Counted from the first letter of the stretch, positions 12,095-27,929 are shown. The stretch: 64,000 nt of DNA from Eledone cirrhosa (GCA_964016885.1 OZ024745.1:101246001-101310000); one strand, 5' to 3'. The notes: generated from the letters alone by a model not told the origin. Numbers and translations are program-made.

Positions 12095-12553
12095 GTGAAA
12101 TCCTTGGTACAGTTAGCTATATTTGAAAAAAAAGGAAAAGAATGACTTCACTTGTAGTTCTAAACAATTTGATAATATGATTTTATAATATGATTTTACA
12201 ATTCAGTTTTGAAGATCTAGTAAGTTCTTTGTTAACTTCGGTGGGAAGATTTTTAAAGCTTCGTGGTTAACTTTCCTGGACAACTTTCTCGCATTCGTCG
12301 GTGCCGATTGTCAAACTGTCAAAATGATCTCAGTTGGACAATCGCCACCGACGAATGCGAGAAAGTTCTCCAGGAAAGTTAACCAGGAATCTTTAAAAAT
12401 CTTCCCAGCGAAGTTAAAAAATAGCTTACTAGATCTACAAAACGAAATTGTAAAATCATAATATTATAGAATTAAATCAAATTGTTTAGAACTACAAGTG
12501 AAGTCATTCTTTTTCTTCTTTTCAAATATAGCTAACTGTACCAAGGATTTCAC
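12095..12553. mobile_element. Fold-back element with ~220-bp arms (family also at 25135-25402 + 27310-27362)
   Basis: 12095-12317 is the reverse complement of 12334-12553. Sits in (TG)/(CA) repeats. Confidence 0.75.
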
Positions 12554-12767
12554 CCACACACACATGTGATGGGGTAACTCTGCAAATCTTTCCACCAAAC
12601 GACGGCCGGTTTGGCCAATAATTGTTTCTACTTTAGGCACAAGGCCAGCAATTACCCAGTGCATTACTGGTACTTTATTTTATCGACCCCATAAGGATGA
12701 AAGCAAAGTAAACCTCGGCGGGATTTGAACTCAGACCGTAAAGGGACGTTTGACCAATAATGACGGC

Positions 12768-13135
12768 CTAACATAGTGTGCACCTGATCCGGAAAACGAG
12801 GCTCGTGGAGGTGCAGCGGAAGGAGTCCCTAATGTGGAAACTGTGGACGAGGAGATTACGGAAGTTGCGTGTGCGCTTGATGAACGAGAGGGGTGGTAGG
12901 TAGAAAATGGGAGAGATGGAGGTGTCCGGCTGCAGCGTGCAACTGGGGTGGGTGAGAACGCAGCTCGGCAATGCGAATGAAGGTGGAGTTGAAGAGTTGG
13001 AGGAAGGGTGGAGGTGGGGGACGTGTTGGAGGGCACGGAGGCCTTCGGAGTGTGTGAAATGACCGTGTAGTGGGATTTGATGTCGAGTGTAAAAAAACGA
13101 TGGTGGGGTGGGTGAAAAAGGAATAAATAATGCTT
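12768..13135 (-). pseudogene. Internally deleted Penelope-like (Neptune-type) ORF remnant
   Basis: FFTLDIKSHYTVISH/SEGLRALQH (RT motif A region), PPLSFIKRTRNFRNLLVHS (linker), DSFRCTSTSLVFRIRCTLC (GIY-YIG start). Confidence 0.7.
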
Positions 13136-13151
13136 CTTCCAATCGGCCAAC

Positions 13152-13269
<118 letters not shown>

Positions 13270-13368
13270 GTGAGGTTTTTTTTACAAAATGAAAAATAAC
13301 CGAGGTGTCCTACACGAGTGGAAGTATAAAGAAAAAGGGATGAAATCGAAAATGCAACTGAAGTCTTA

Positions 13369-13399
<31 letters not shown>

Positions 13400-13662
13400 A
13401 TATATATTTATTTGGTTCCTTTACCGGTTTCGCAGTTCTTCTGCTTTTCAAAAGTAGAGTTGAGATGGAGGGTCTGTGGTTTATATATATATATATATAT
13501 ATACAATATATTAATAAATGGAAACTATATTTATAAAACCATATTTATTTTATTATATATATTTAAAGGGCAACCAAGGCAAATTATGGTGCGCTTTCAT
13601 CAGATAAAATACAGATTTGTATTTTTAAGCTTGTTGAATCCCAACAAATTAAATATAACCTC

Positions 13663-13701
<39 letters not shown>

Positions 13702-13798
13702 GTGAGGTTTTTTTTACAAAATGAAAAATAACCGAGGTGTCCTACACGAGTGGAAGTATAAAGAAAAAGGGATGAAATCGATAATGCAACTGAAGTCT

Positions 13799-13834
<36 letters not shown>

Positions 13835-13852
13835 ATATATATTTATTTGGTT

Positions 13853-13890
13853 CCTTTACCGGTTTCGCAGTTCTTCTGCTTTTCAAAAGG
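13853..13890 (-). ncRNA. Minimal type I hammerhead with U3-A8 core variant (copies at 13418-13455 -, 14142-14179 +)
   Basis: Minus: CCTT-TTGAAAA-GCAG AAGAA CTGC-GAAA-CCGG-TA-AAGG. Confidence 0.7.
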
Positions 13891-13988
13891 TGAGTTGAGA
13901 TGGAGGGTCTGTGGTTTTTCTCACATCTGGTTGGTCTCTAAATGTTACTTGTTTTATATTTTCAACAAGCTTAAAAATACAAATCTGT

Positions 13989-14052
13989 ATTTTATCTGAT
14001 GAAAGCGCACCATAATTTGCCTTGGTTGCCCTTTAAATATATATAATAAAAT
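13989..14052 (+). ncRNA. Hammerhead with G12 to U mutation, probably inactive (inverted copy at 13547-13610)
   Basis: ATTTTAT-CTGATGA-AAGCGCACCA...TGGTTGCCCTT-TAAA-TATATA-TA-ATAAAAT. Confidence 0.65.
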
Positions 14053-14192
14053 AAATATGGTTTTATAAATATAGTTTCCATTTATTAATATATTGTATAT
14101 ATATATATATATATAAACCACAGACCCTCCATCTCAACTCTACTTTTGAAAAGCAGAAGAACTGCGAAACCGGTAAAGGAACCAAATAAATA

Positions 14193-14231
<39 letters not shown>

Positions 14232-14266
14232 AGACTTCAGTTGCATTTTCGATTTCATCCCTTTTT

Positions 14267-14299
<33 letters not shown>

Positions 14300-14304
<5 letters not shown>

Positions 14305-14856
14305 TGGCTGCCAACTCGTTTTCGAGTACGGCCACTACTTTATATCCATGTAGGAGAACCCCTACCGATGCGCTGAATGAGTGTGACTTTTTAGTCCAAC
14401 CAGCGACTTGAAAACTCTGGTACAAACACTATACTTGTGACAATTATTGACACATAGTGCTGGGCCCATGGTACCATGTGACGACAAGTGCAGAGAGATC
14501 TCCAGATATAAAGCAATGCCTGTGCCGTGAAGCTTTTATAGTGAGCAAAAGCACTGCACAAAGCCAGTCCCATTCTCTTCACCAAGATGATATTTACCAA
14601 AAAGAAGAACAAGTTAACATCATTGGATACCATCAGGGTTGCAGGTGTTATATCAGAGTTTTCGTTCTCCTAGAATTCTGCCTTGACAAAGGCTAAGGAG
14701 TCATCTCTCCCGGTGATTTAGGATGGCCATTGACTCTTAAAAGCTCCTTTGCGCTTTGACAGGTTTTGGTTTTAGTCCTGCAGGATGTCCAAAGTCACCC
14801 TCCTCACCAAGAAACCTTGGTGGGGTTGCCAGTTTAGTCGCCAACGACCCGACCAT
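14300..14856 (-). mobile_element. Possible 5' UTR segment of an RTE-like LINE or related SINE
   Basis: Minus strand has TTAGCCTTTGTCAAGGCAGAATTCTAGGAGAACGAAAACTCTG, resembling RTE/SINE-associated motifs, plus several GC hairpins. No coding homology recognised. Confidence 0.3.
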
Positions 14857-14946
14857 GTATATATATACACACACAAACACACACACACGCGCACGCACGC
14901 GCACACACACACACACGCACGCACACGCACGCACACACACACACAC

Positions 14947-15003
<57 letters not shown>

Positions 15004-15004
15004 A

Positions 15005-16128
15005 ATACACTCAATTTAAACTCTGGTTTGATTAAACCGTTTCATAAATTGAATGAAAATCTCAAATACGTAAATGTTGGGTCTAACCACCCCATCTCTA
15101 TAATTAAATCTATCCCTAAAAATATTTCCCTTAGAATCTCGGGTCTATCTTCTAACATACAAGTATTTAAGGAACACGCCGAGTACTACGATAACGCCCT
15201 TAGTGAAGCAGGCTACCTCAACAAAATAGAGTACATAGATGGGAACAATCAAAACACCCAAAATAAATCCCACATAGGTAGATATAATAACACAACACCA
15301 AACCACACTTACTACCATAGTATGCACACCAGTAAACCAACAAACAAAACTAATAGAAAGCGATGCAAAGAGTACTTATGGTATAACCCCGAATACAATA
15401 GTTCCATTAGTACAAATTTACCAGTACTCTTCTTTAAAATAATTAAAAGACATTTTCCTACATCACACAAATACCACAAAATCCTAAACCCTACCACTAT
15501 AAGACTGTCATACTCTACAGCGTTAAACCTTGAACAACACATAAAAAAGATCAATACTAGAAGGTTAAACGAAAACACTAAAAACTTAAGTACAAAGAAC
15601 ACAAAAAAAACAGTAGACAATACACTACAGAACATAAATAAACCACACCTAAGTTCGTCCGCAATACTACTCCAGAGAAAACCCAACGTACACAACTGTA
15701 ACTGCACCTATCCTGACAACTGCCCCCTCGGCAATAACTGCCTGGAAAAAAATATTATTTATAAGTGTACCGTTAAATCCGGAGGCAACGAGTGGTATTA
15801 CGTGGGATCAACGGCAACATCGTTTAAATCTCGATTGTATAGGCATTCTTACTCAATAAAACACCAGAGCCAAAGAAATGTAACAACTTTAGCAGAAAAA
15901 GCTTGGACGCTCAGGGATAGCGATCAAAAGTTTACCCTAAAATGGGAGAAATTAGCTAAAACCCAAAGCTTTTCCAGGAGCCAAAATTTCTGCAAATTGT
16001 GTAATCTTGAGATTTATTACATAATCACACACAAGAAGAAACTGCTGAATAACAGAATTGAACGAACATTATTCTGCCGTCACAGAACTAAAACCCTTTT
16101 TTCCCACTACAAGCCGAATATTACATAA
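15005..16128 (+). CDS. Naiad PLE ORF, 5'-truncated but uninterrupted (RT thumb, Zn linker, GIY-YIG)
   Basis: KPFHKLNENLKYVNVGSNHP, WYNPEY, CNCTYPDNCPLGNNCL, IIYKC...YYVGST...FKSRLYRH, FCKLC. The N-terminus of the ORF call is microsatellite read-through. Confidence 0.9.
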
Positions 16129-16394
16129 AAGAGGGACATCCCCCAACTATATAAACCTTAATCTAGTTAGAAAAATATAAAAACAATCTCTTCTCAACAT
16201 ATATTAATAACCTTAAATTACCACACTAATAATGGAAAGATATGCTGATGAGAATAGGTGCAAATATGCGATAATGAATGTGTCTAAAAACGTCCATAAG
16301 TATGAATATATATGTGAAAATGTATATAAATAAGTAAATATATATATATGTTTGATGTGTATAGTTAGATGTAAGTGTATTCATGTATTAAAGT

Positions 16395-16491
<97 letters not shown>

Positions 16492-17047
16492 ATATGTGTA
16501 TATAGATGTGTATGTATGTGTATGTGTGTACACATGGACTAGAGTATGTATGTATATATGTGTGTGTCTATACGTGTGTATATAAAGATAAGTTGAGTAT
16601 GAAAATGTATACACATGAGCGCGTATGTATGTACATGAATACATGTGTGTATATATATGTGTATGCATGTGTATATATATGTAAGTATGAATATGTGAAT
16701 TATGAGTATATGTATTTTGTAGAGGTATGCAAATATATTTGTGTGTGAATGCGTGGGTGAAAGGATACGTACACTTGAAAGAAAAATTTAAGTCTGAATG
16801 TTAATTAAGTGCAAACACAAAACCAACCACGCATATCTTTACTATCTCTAATCCTTCTATAGATTTAGAAAAATAACCAATAATATATTCTATAAAAAAT
16901 GTCAAAACAACAGATGGGAATCTAATTACTCACTGCCACCAAGAATTCTCACTGCTATCGAAAAACCACTCCTTCAACTATTCTTCTAACAACTTCACCC
17001 CTCCCTCCTAATATTCTCTATAAAAACTAAATAGGTCCTCAGTAATA

Positions 17048-17167
17048 TTATTCTGATGAAATGACAGTAAATAATAACATTGAAATATTGAATGTCTGCA
17101 TAACTAAAAGTTTGTAGATAGCAGCTGTTTTAGGTTATGTAACTGTTATAGAAACACGTGTCAATAA
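17048..17167 (+). ncRNA. Type I hammerhead with large stem II insertion, at the 3' pLTR of the 15005 Naiad
   Basis: TTATT-CTGATGA-(A)ATGACAGT...ACTGTTAT(A)-GAAA-CACGTG-TC-AATAA. Confidence 0.8.
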
Positions 17168-17967
17168 ATTCCTTTCAACTAAACTGTATCCATTCAAATC
17201 TTTCTATATATAAATATATATATATATATATATTATATCTATTTTGGGAAACATATAAAGTAGGCTTTCAGCGCAGTATATGACAGAAACGTAAATACAC
17301 TCTGTGAAGTTTAATTACTGAACTAAAAATATAAAATATAGATTAAATATAAAAAATTTTTTTAAATTAAATTTGATCATTGGCACTGAATTCCATCTTA
17401 GAAATTTATACTGAATCGACACCTTATTCATTGTCATGTTCCATTCACATAAATCATACTTAGACATGTATCAGATTCTATTGCATCTAATGTTCTGTAA
17501 TATTATGATGGTAATTTGGAAAGATTAAAACAAAATTTTTAAAAGATAAGAGCAAACACAAACGCCATGTACATTTTATTATAAATAATTTTAGCTGAGA
17601 TTGCTTATGTTGTAAAGCAATTAATGGTTTAATATGTTCAATCATTAGAAGAAAAAGCATTTTATTACATGCGTTACATACACATTATTTCCTTGGTTTC
17701 AAATTAGGAACATTGGAAGCAATAAAATCTGATACAGCTTAGTATGATTTATGTGAATGTAACATTGGAATGAATACAGTTGAATTTAAGTCGATTTTAT
17801 CGAACCCCAGCACTTATCACCCTATTTCTGTCAAACCACTAACCTATGGGACATAAACGAACATGTTTGTGTGTGTGTATGTCCATGTCTGTACTTACGT
17901 AAATGTTTGTTTACGTCCAGTTATATATATATATATATTGTTTACGTCCAGTTATATATATATATAT

Positions 17968-18708
<741 letters not shown>

Positions 18709-18996
18709 ATTGGAAATCAGTAAAATCGAATCTCTGGCGGTTTGCAAGTAATTCGGCCTACTTATATGAAGTGATGGGTTAGCAAAGAACTCGATAAGAT
18801 AGGTCTCAGAGTTATAACATACGTTTAAATAGCTTGACAAATCGGACATTGTGGTAGGCTAAACTAACACACAATACATACCAAAGCAACGAAAAAACTA
18901 ATCAGGTTGAGAAAAATATATAAATATATATGATCCATATATATATATATATATGATCATATATATATATATATATAAAATATATATATATATGAT

Positions 18997-19072
<76 letters not shown>

Positions 19073-19814
19073 ATGGATGGATCCGTAACTCCTTTTGGAG
19101 TTTAAGGGCACCGTATTGATCTGGCGTTTCTTGACCATTTTAGACCTGGCTGAGCCCATTTTCTCCCCATGTCTGAACACAGAGCGAGTGAAATAACTTG
19201 CGTTTATCACTTAGATGGCTGAAAGTTTGACTGAGGAACGTAGAGATACAGGGTACAGAAACAGATGCACAAAGCAGCAATTCTTTACTTCACAGAATTT
19301 GCATATATGATATTGTCAAGTAGAACAGTAGCATATAGAAATATATTGGTTTCTTATTTAGGTACAAGGCTAACACTTTTGGGGGGAAATTGATTAAATC
19401 GACCTCAGTACTTTATTTTATCGATCCCGTAAGGTTGAAAGGTAAAGCTAACCTCGGCATGATTTAAACTCAGATCGTAAAGGGACGTAGCCTTATGCCA
19501 TAAAGAAAGTTGTCCGATTCTCTACCGATACTGTCAATTTATCATCCTTTAGAAATATATTAAATTAAACACACGTTTTTATTGTCCATTAATATATCTT
19601 TATATTAATATATCTTTATATCTTTATATATCTTTATATATCTTTATATATTAATATATCTTTATATATTTATGATCTGAGTTCAAATCCCGCCAAGGTT
19701 AACTTTGCCTTTCATCCTTACGGGGTCGATAAAATAAAGTACCAGTAATGTACTGGGTAATTGCTGGCCTTGTACCAAAAGTAGAAACAATTATTATATT
19801 ATTCAATTCTGAAT

Positions 19815-20962
19815 CGCTTAATGGAATGTTTGTTATAGTCATTAGAACTCCTCTGACCGTAGCTTCTACCATATTACCTCTCTCATCTGACCAGACATGA
19901 TTTATAACAGAAAACACTCTTTAAGCTGGTCCAGAAGTACCAGAAAGAGAAAGTAAAACCTTCTATATTTTACACGGTCACTGGGTAAATTATGGAATGT
20001 TTTGTTCTGCTGCACCCTGTATACGTTTTTTTTTTATTACAATGAGCAAAAACAACTTCATAATTAAAGTTGTGTTACCCAAACTTCTGCCTTAGAAGCC
20101 TCAATATCATCATGAAATAATTGAACAATATTTACTACTTCTTTCCAATCCTTTGGTTGATCTTAATTGCATAAAACTCAACACTGGGCCAAGGTATGTC
20201 TCCAGAATTTAACCAAAGTCTTCCGCTTCGATATGAGAGACATCTTTCATAAAATACTTTTGAATTTTTTCACCACTTTCTTCAATATTTCTCAACAAAG
20301 CTTTCGCGTTTATTTTCGTAAGTTTATATTTGCTTTACTAGTTTGATTTTTGCTGCGTTGAAATTATCCTTTTCCATGGCCGGAATCAATATTTTGGAAA
20401 GGTTAAAAAATCTATGTACAAACCTTAAATATATTTCTTCAAAATAAAAATCCGGGAAGTGTTAGGGCACAAAATGAGGATTTCAAGGCAACAAAATGTT
20501 AATTCTTTCTTCCGCTGGTAGCATTGATAAAAAAACTGGGCTTACCACAATACCAGGACTTTTTGTATTATACTTTGGCAAAGTTACAAAATTCATTTAG
20601 CCGTATTACACGAACTGTGTATACATTAAAATATTTGAAAATGTTCAATATCAATTAGTAATAGATCAACAGATTTTTTGAGACACTTGTACGCAAGGTG
20701 GTTCATTTTAGTCGCAACGAAAATTTCCAATTCGATTATTTCTGATTTTTAAGAAAAGGATCTCGTCCTGACGAATAAGTAACAAAACTCACTTGGTACC
20801 TTTTAGATTTCAAATGGCTTTTAATGTGCAATTTTCCTTCAAGTAACCCATAGAACTCTGCAAAACATGAATTAGACTTTATACTGTCGACACAAATCAC
20901 TTTATACGAAAGAGTAATCCTTTATGGGCCTTTTCGTTAAACACATACGCTCGTTTCGGCAT
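19815..20962 (-). pseudogene. Degenerate hAT transposase
   Basis: MPKRAYVFNE...IKSHLKSKR N-terminus; RLNEFCNF...FLSMLPAEERI; C-terminal dimerisation motif LSLSGTSGPA*RVFSVINHVWSDERGNMVEATVRGVL. Confidence 0.75.
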
Positions 20963-21596
20963 TGTAAAACTAAATAAAAAGATTTAAGGGAAATAAGTAT
21001 GAAATATCAAAGTGAAATATGAAATATGTATCACAATTGGTATATTCTGTGACACGTCAACATCAGAACAAATTTACAGTAATAACATAAAAACCGCGAT
21101 GAAATAAGTATATAGAACTGTCTATTCGTGAAGAAACAAAAAGAAAAAGAAAAAGATTAATTGTTACTTAATCCAAAAGTTCATGTTTATATCGTGTATG
21201 TATTGTGTGAATGTTGTGCAAGCCAACCTACATAAGCCTTTTTATTTGTCAACTTTCTACTCCAACCATAATTTTCAGTAGCACCACTCCACATAAATTC
21301 CTCAATTTAAGAATGATCTGTAGTATCTATTTCATACTATTATCCTTATTTAAAAATATATCTGACCAAGAATGCCTTTTGTGAAAATCAGTCATGTGGA
21401 ACTATTGTCATCTTGCCTGATGGTTTGAACCCTACAGAACCACCTGCCTCTTTGAGGTCAAATACCAACCTACTACCATCTACAAACTGACCAATGAGAA
21501 TCAAGACTATTCCTGCTGACAACATCAAAATATTCCTAACAAGCTCATATGTCCCAACACTATACACACAGAGCTGGCATATCTAAGAACTGACTA

Positions 21597-21652
21597 ACTG
21601 CCTGATGAGGTCATAGCCATTCAATGGCTATCATCGAAATATATATAGCAGT
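21597..21652 (+). ncRNA. Type I hammerhead ribozyme
   Basis: ACTGC-CTGATGA-GGTCATAGCCATTCAATGGCTATCATC-GAAA-TATATA-TA-GCAGT. Stem II covaries with 24941 and 59055. Confidence 0.85.
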
Positions 21653-21693
21653 AAATAAAGGATTATGAGTTCATGCAATTGACTTATGTTTCG

Positions 21694-21724
<31 letters not shown>

Positions 21725-21846
21725 GAATGTATATATAGTATATTTGGCAATATACTGTACGCTTAATTAAAAACATGTTGAAGACCTTACGCTATTGTTT
21801 TAAAGTAATGACTATGTCACTTCTTTTTTCAACAAACAAAGGGAGA

Positions 21847-21894
21847 TAAGCTGACAGATCTCTGTTTCATACTGTTGGTATTCATCAGAGCTTA
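21847..21894 (-). ncRNA. Type I hammerhead ribozyme
   Basis: Minus: TAAGCT-CTGATGA-ATAC CAACA GTAT-GAAA-CAG AGAT CTG-TC-AGCTTA. Confidence 0.9.
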
Positions 21895-22124
21895 GCACTC
21901 GCCTTTGTCTGTTGAAAATTATAAATGTTGGATTCTTATAGAATTCCAGTAATAATCAGGAACTGATTATACAGAGCGGTTGCCAGTCCAGCAAAAATTC
22001 AATATTAGAATTGGTGCTCTGAAATAGCGATGTATATATGAATGTATATATAGTGTATTTGGCAATATACTGGAATTCTATAAGAATCCAACATTTATAA
22101 TTTTCAACAGACAAAGGCGAGTGC

Positions 22125-22172
22125 TAAGCTCTGATGAATACCAACAGTATGAAACAGAGAGCTGTCAGCTTA
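22125..22172 (+). ncRNA. Type I hammerhead ribozyme (canonical, GUC site at 22164-22166)
   Basis: TAAGCT-CTGATGA-ATAC CAACA GTAT-GAAA-CAG AGAG CTG-TC-AGCTTA. Stem I extends past an internal loop: TTTTCAACAGACAAAGG / CCTTTGTTTGTTGAAAA. Confidence 0.92.
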
Positions 22173-22339
22173 TCTCCCTTTGTTTGTTGAAAAAAGAAGT
22201 GACATAGTCACTACTTTAAAACAATAGCGTAAGGTCTTCAAAATGTTTTTAATTAAGCGTACAGTATATTGCCAAATATACTATATATACATTCATATAT
22301 ACATCGCTATCTCAGAGCACCAATTCTTATATATATATA

Positions 22340-23610
22340 TAAGGCCCATGGCCAAACTATATCTTACAACCCGAGGCGCCATGATAGAGATAGACCATCG
22401 GACCCCCCGACCCACGGTATCCGGGAGGGGGGAACCCTAACAGTGCAGGTAGAGTGGAAGCCACTAAACCCCATGAACCCGGCACCACCACATTAGAGAA
22501 AAGGACGCGTACGCCTAGTCATGGGAGGAAATCCAGTACGCGAGGTGGTCTCAGGAGTGATAATAACCACCCCGGGCCCGACGCCCCCAACCGCAAGACA
22601 CGAAGCGGGACTGACGGAGGATCATCCAATTGTAGAACTCTCATCATGGGCACACACACCACCCAACAGGTACGGGCCGAGAAGCTAGCAAAACACATAG
22701 CGCTCAAAGGGGAAACAACAATACGGGAACTAGTAGCAACCCAACAACTCCCCAACAGCCTACAGCACGCTCAACCCATCCACATAGGAATAGACTAAGA
22801 AAAATTACGTGGTGCAACCCACCCTACTAAGGAACCTAAAGACCAGCATGGCCCGGTCATTCTTTAGAGCACTAGATAAATGCTTCCCGGGGGACCACAG
22901 ATTCCACAAGATCTTCAACAGACACACTGTGAAGCTCTCGTATTCTACCACGCGCAACGTAGCCCAGCACATAGCTAGCAATAGGGGTAGACTTAAAAAC
23001 TACACACAACCAGCAGCTGGCAATATAAGCACCCAGCAGAGCCATGTAGGGGGAAGGAATGGTGGACCCGGTACCCACCCTGGGAACCCAAACAGACCCA
23101 GGGACCCCCCACCGGGCCCAGGGGCAGACCCCCCTATACTACGCAAAGGGAACCCCACAATAGGCACTCAGGGGTCGACCACCTCCTGCAACTGCAGAAC
23201 CCTTACATTATGTCCCCTTAGTAATGAATGCCTCATGAAGAACCTAGTATACGGATGTAGAGTAAAAAACCCCAACTCTGAGCACATTTACATAGGAGCC
23301 ACATCAACGAGCTTCAAAGACAGATGGTATAACCATCGCCATTCCTTTAATAGGGAGGGCAAAAGGAAAAGTACGGCTCTCCGAACTGATCTGGAAGCTC
23401 AAGCTGGACAGGACCCCGTACTCTCTGGCCTGGTCCCAAATCAGGAAAGTGCCACCTGATAGAGGGGGATCTGGATCTGCAACCTATGTCTCAGTGAGAC
23501 CCTCGAGATACTCAATGGTGGGAGCAGCCTAATCAAACTTAGGACCGACTTCTTTGGTACATGTAGTCACCTCAGGGCCGGAACCTTCCTCAAACTATAT
23601 GGATAACAAC
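22340..23610 (+). pseudogene. GC-rich Naiad PLE 3' ORF fragment with expanded linker, frameshifted
   Basis: FFRALDKCFPGDHRFHKIFNRHTVKLSYSTT, CNCRTLTLCPLSNECL, LVYGC...IYIGAT...FKDRWYNH, ICNLCLSE. Confidence 0.88.
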
Positions 23611-24940
23611 CCATTGGGAGGGGAACTTCCCTCAAGCTATAGGGACAGTAGCCCCGTCACACCGAACCCAAAGTAAACCACCCCTACACACTCTCCACCT
23701 CTACTCCCACCTCGATTGACTCCTATAGCAACACACCTACCTAGCAGCTAAAACCATGCCTCACACCGCTGTGGTCAACCCCCTCTCTCTCACTTCCTTA
23801 ATCAAAACTCAAGTTAGCTGACACTAGATGATATAAATAGACGAAGTACGTCGGTGGAATCCTATCCTCTGTGCAAACAGGCACCCCAAGTTTCCGACCA
23901 GCGGGCCCCAGCGCCCAACCTCGGCTTGTGACCCGAATACCCGGAGTATATCCTGCCTTGAACACGACCCCTTTCGCACGCATGAGTCAGGGATAAATAC
24001 CACAAGTAAATAGGACACGCCTATTACTACCACTTACCCCTCTCTCCACCTCCAGAGGTGACTTTGACCCTGTGTCCGCGTGGGTGTATCCACATGTGGA
24101 CGTATATGGAGTTATGTGTATGCGTGTGTGTTAATGTGTGGACGTAATATGGGAATGCACCTGAGCCTGTGTTTGTGCGTATGTGCTTGCAATGGTGTGC
24201 GTTGACAAACATACACGCATATGTTACTCTATGCTGAAATAAGAATTGTAGTCCTTTACACTTCTGTATAAAGAACTTTTATGGTATTTTTCACTCCACT
24301 TTTACCTCATTTGCTTTTAAAACGCACCCATCTTTTGTTAGACTGTGTGGACATAAATAGGTGAATGCACCGAGCCTGTGTTTATACGTGTGTACGCGCA
24401 ACGGTGCGCGCTGACAGACAATCACACGTACATACTCCATACTATATGCTAAAATAAGAATTGTAATTCTTTACACTTCTCGATTCTGACACACAGGTTA
24501 TTTTAATTTTATTTCAGTTTATATTTTTCAAAATTGTTGATATTGGTTGTAACACACGCATTCTTTATTTGTTTGGCATCCCCCACCACGTGAAATGGTG
24601 GAAGGATAGATGCCAGCCTACATACATAAATTCTTGAGACCATAACAACAGCATACTAAAGTTGACCTGCTAACTGACCTCCTAACACCACTACCACTAC
24701 CACTACCAACACTTATAACAGGCTGACCTGCCTCAGAAGAATTTCTTTTGACTGAGGAGTGGTCTCACAACAGACCAATGAGATACAAGCGTGTCCTATG
24801 ACGCTGAAATTCGTTTGTTCTAGCCCATATGATTCCAGTTTCTCGAAGGACTAACAACACACCCAGGACATATCGATGTATTGACAGAGTGAAACACACT
24901 TCAACAACATGTGTACCTGTCTTTTCCACACCAATTCGGA

Positions 24941-24993
24941 CTGCCTGAAGAGGTCACAGCCAATAATGGCTGTCACCGAAAATTATATAGCAG
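24941..24993 (+). ncRNA. Type I hammerhead at the 3' pLTR downstream of the 22340 Naiad (truncated copy at ~38081-38105)
   Basis: CTGC-CTGAAGA-GGTCACAGCCA ATAA TGGCTGTCACC-GAAA-ATTATA-TA-GCAG. Confidence 0.78.
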
Positions 24994-25050
24994 AAAATCT
25001 ATAATTTATAATAAACGAAGCTAAATTTTACCTATTTGACTTACTTATTT

Positions 25051-25121
<71 letters not shown>

Positions 25122-25402
25122 CATACATACATAAATGTCCTTGGTGCAGTTAGGGATATTTGAAAAAAAGAAGGAAAAAAATGACTTCACTTGTAGTTCT
25201 ATACAAATTGATTTAATTTTATAATATTATAATATTATGAGTTGGTAGATCTAGTAAGTTCTTTATTAACTTCGGTGGGAAGTTTGACAATCGCCATCGA
25301 CGAATGCTAGAAAGTTCTCAAGGAAAGTTAACCAGTAATCTTTAAAAATCTTCCCACCGAAGTTAACAAAGAACTTACTAGATCTACCAAGTCATAATAT
25401 TA

Positions 25403-27309
<1,907 letters not shown>

Positions 27310-27373
27310 TAATATTATAAAATTAAATCAATTTGTTTAGTCATTCTTTTCTTTTTTTTCAAATATATATATA

Positions 27374-27519
<146 letters not shown>

Positions 27520-27560
27520 CATATATAGATATACAGATATATATATATACAGATATACAG

Positions 27561-27679
<119 letters not shown>

Positions 27680-27777
27680 TGTGTGTGTGTGTGTGTGTCT
27701 GTGTGTTATTTTTATCTAAAGACATTTTTTTCAGTTCCACCCGTCCATCCCTTCAATCTATTTTATTTCTCATTCTT

Positions 27778-27813
27778 TCTTCTGACGAAGGATTAGCATC
27801 CGAAACGTTAAGA
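27778..27813 (+). ncRNA. Minimal type I hammerhead (relatives at 57296-57331 +, ~34920-34960 -)
   Basis: TCTT-CTGACGA-(A)GGAT TAGC ATCC-GAAA-CG-TT-AAGA. The 57296 copy has GGAC/GTCC in stem II (compensatory). Confidence 0.78.
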
Positions 27814-27929
27814 CCCTCTTCCTGCTATTTCAAGCGTTAACCTAATATATTCCATCCATATACTGTACCGATTGTGTTGTTATTTCTGTTTACCTTTTAC
27901 ACACATACACATACACATACACATACCAC

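Larger units (their letters stand above)
21721..22330. mobile_element. ~315-nt HHR element: 1.1 tandem monomers on - strand fused to an inverted partial monomer
   Basis: ATATGAATGTATATATAGT repeats at 21721 and 22036 (period 315). Inversion at ~22068 via TACTG microhomology. Confidence 0.85.

Noticed and set aside
16240-16298. Extra HHR just after the 15005 ORF (TATG-CTGATGA...AAAACGTC-CATA)
   Set aside because: It lacks G12 and a convincing stem II; at best a decayed copy.
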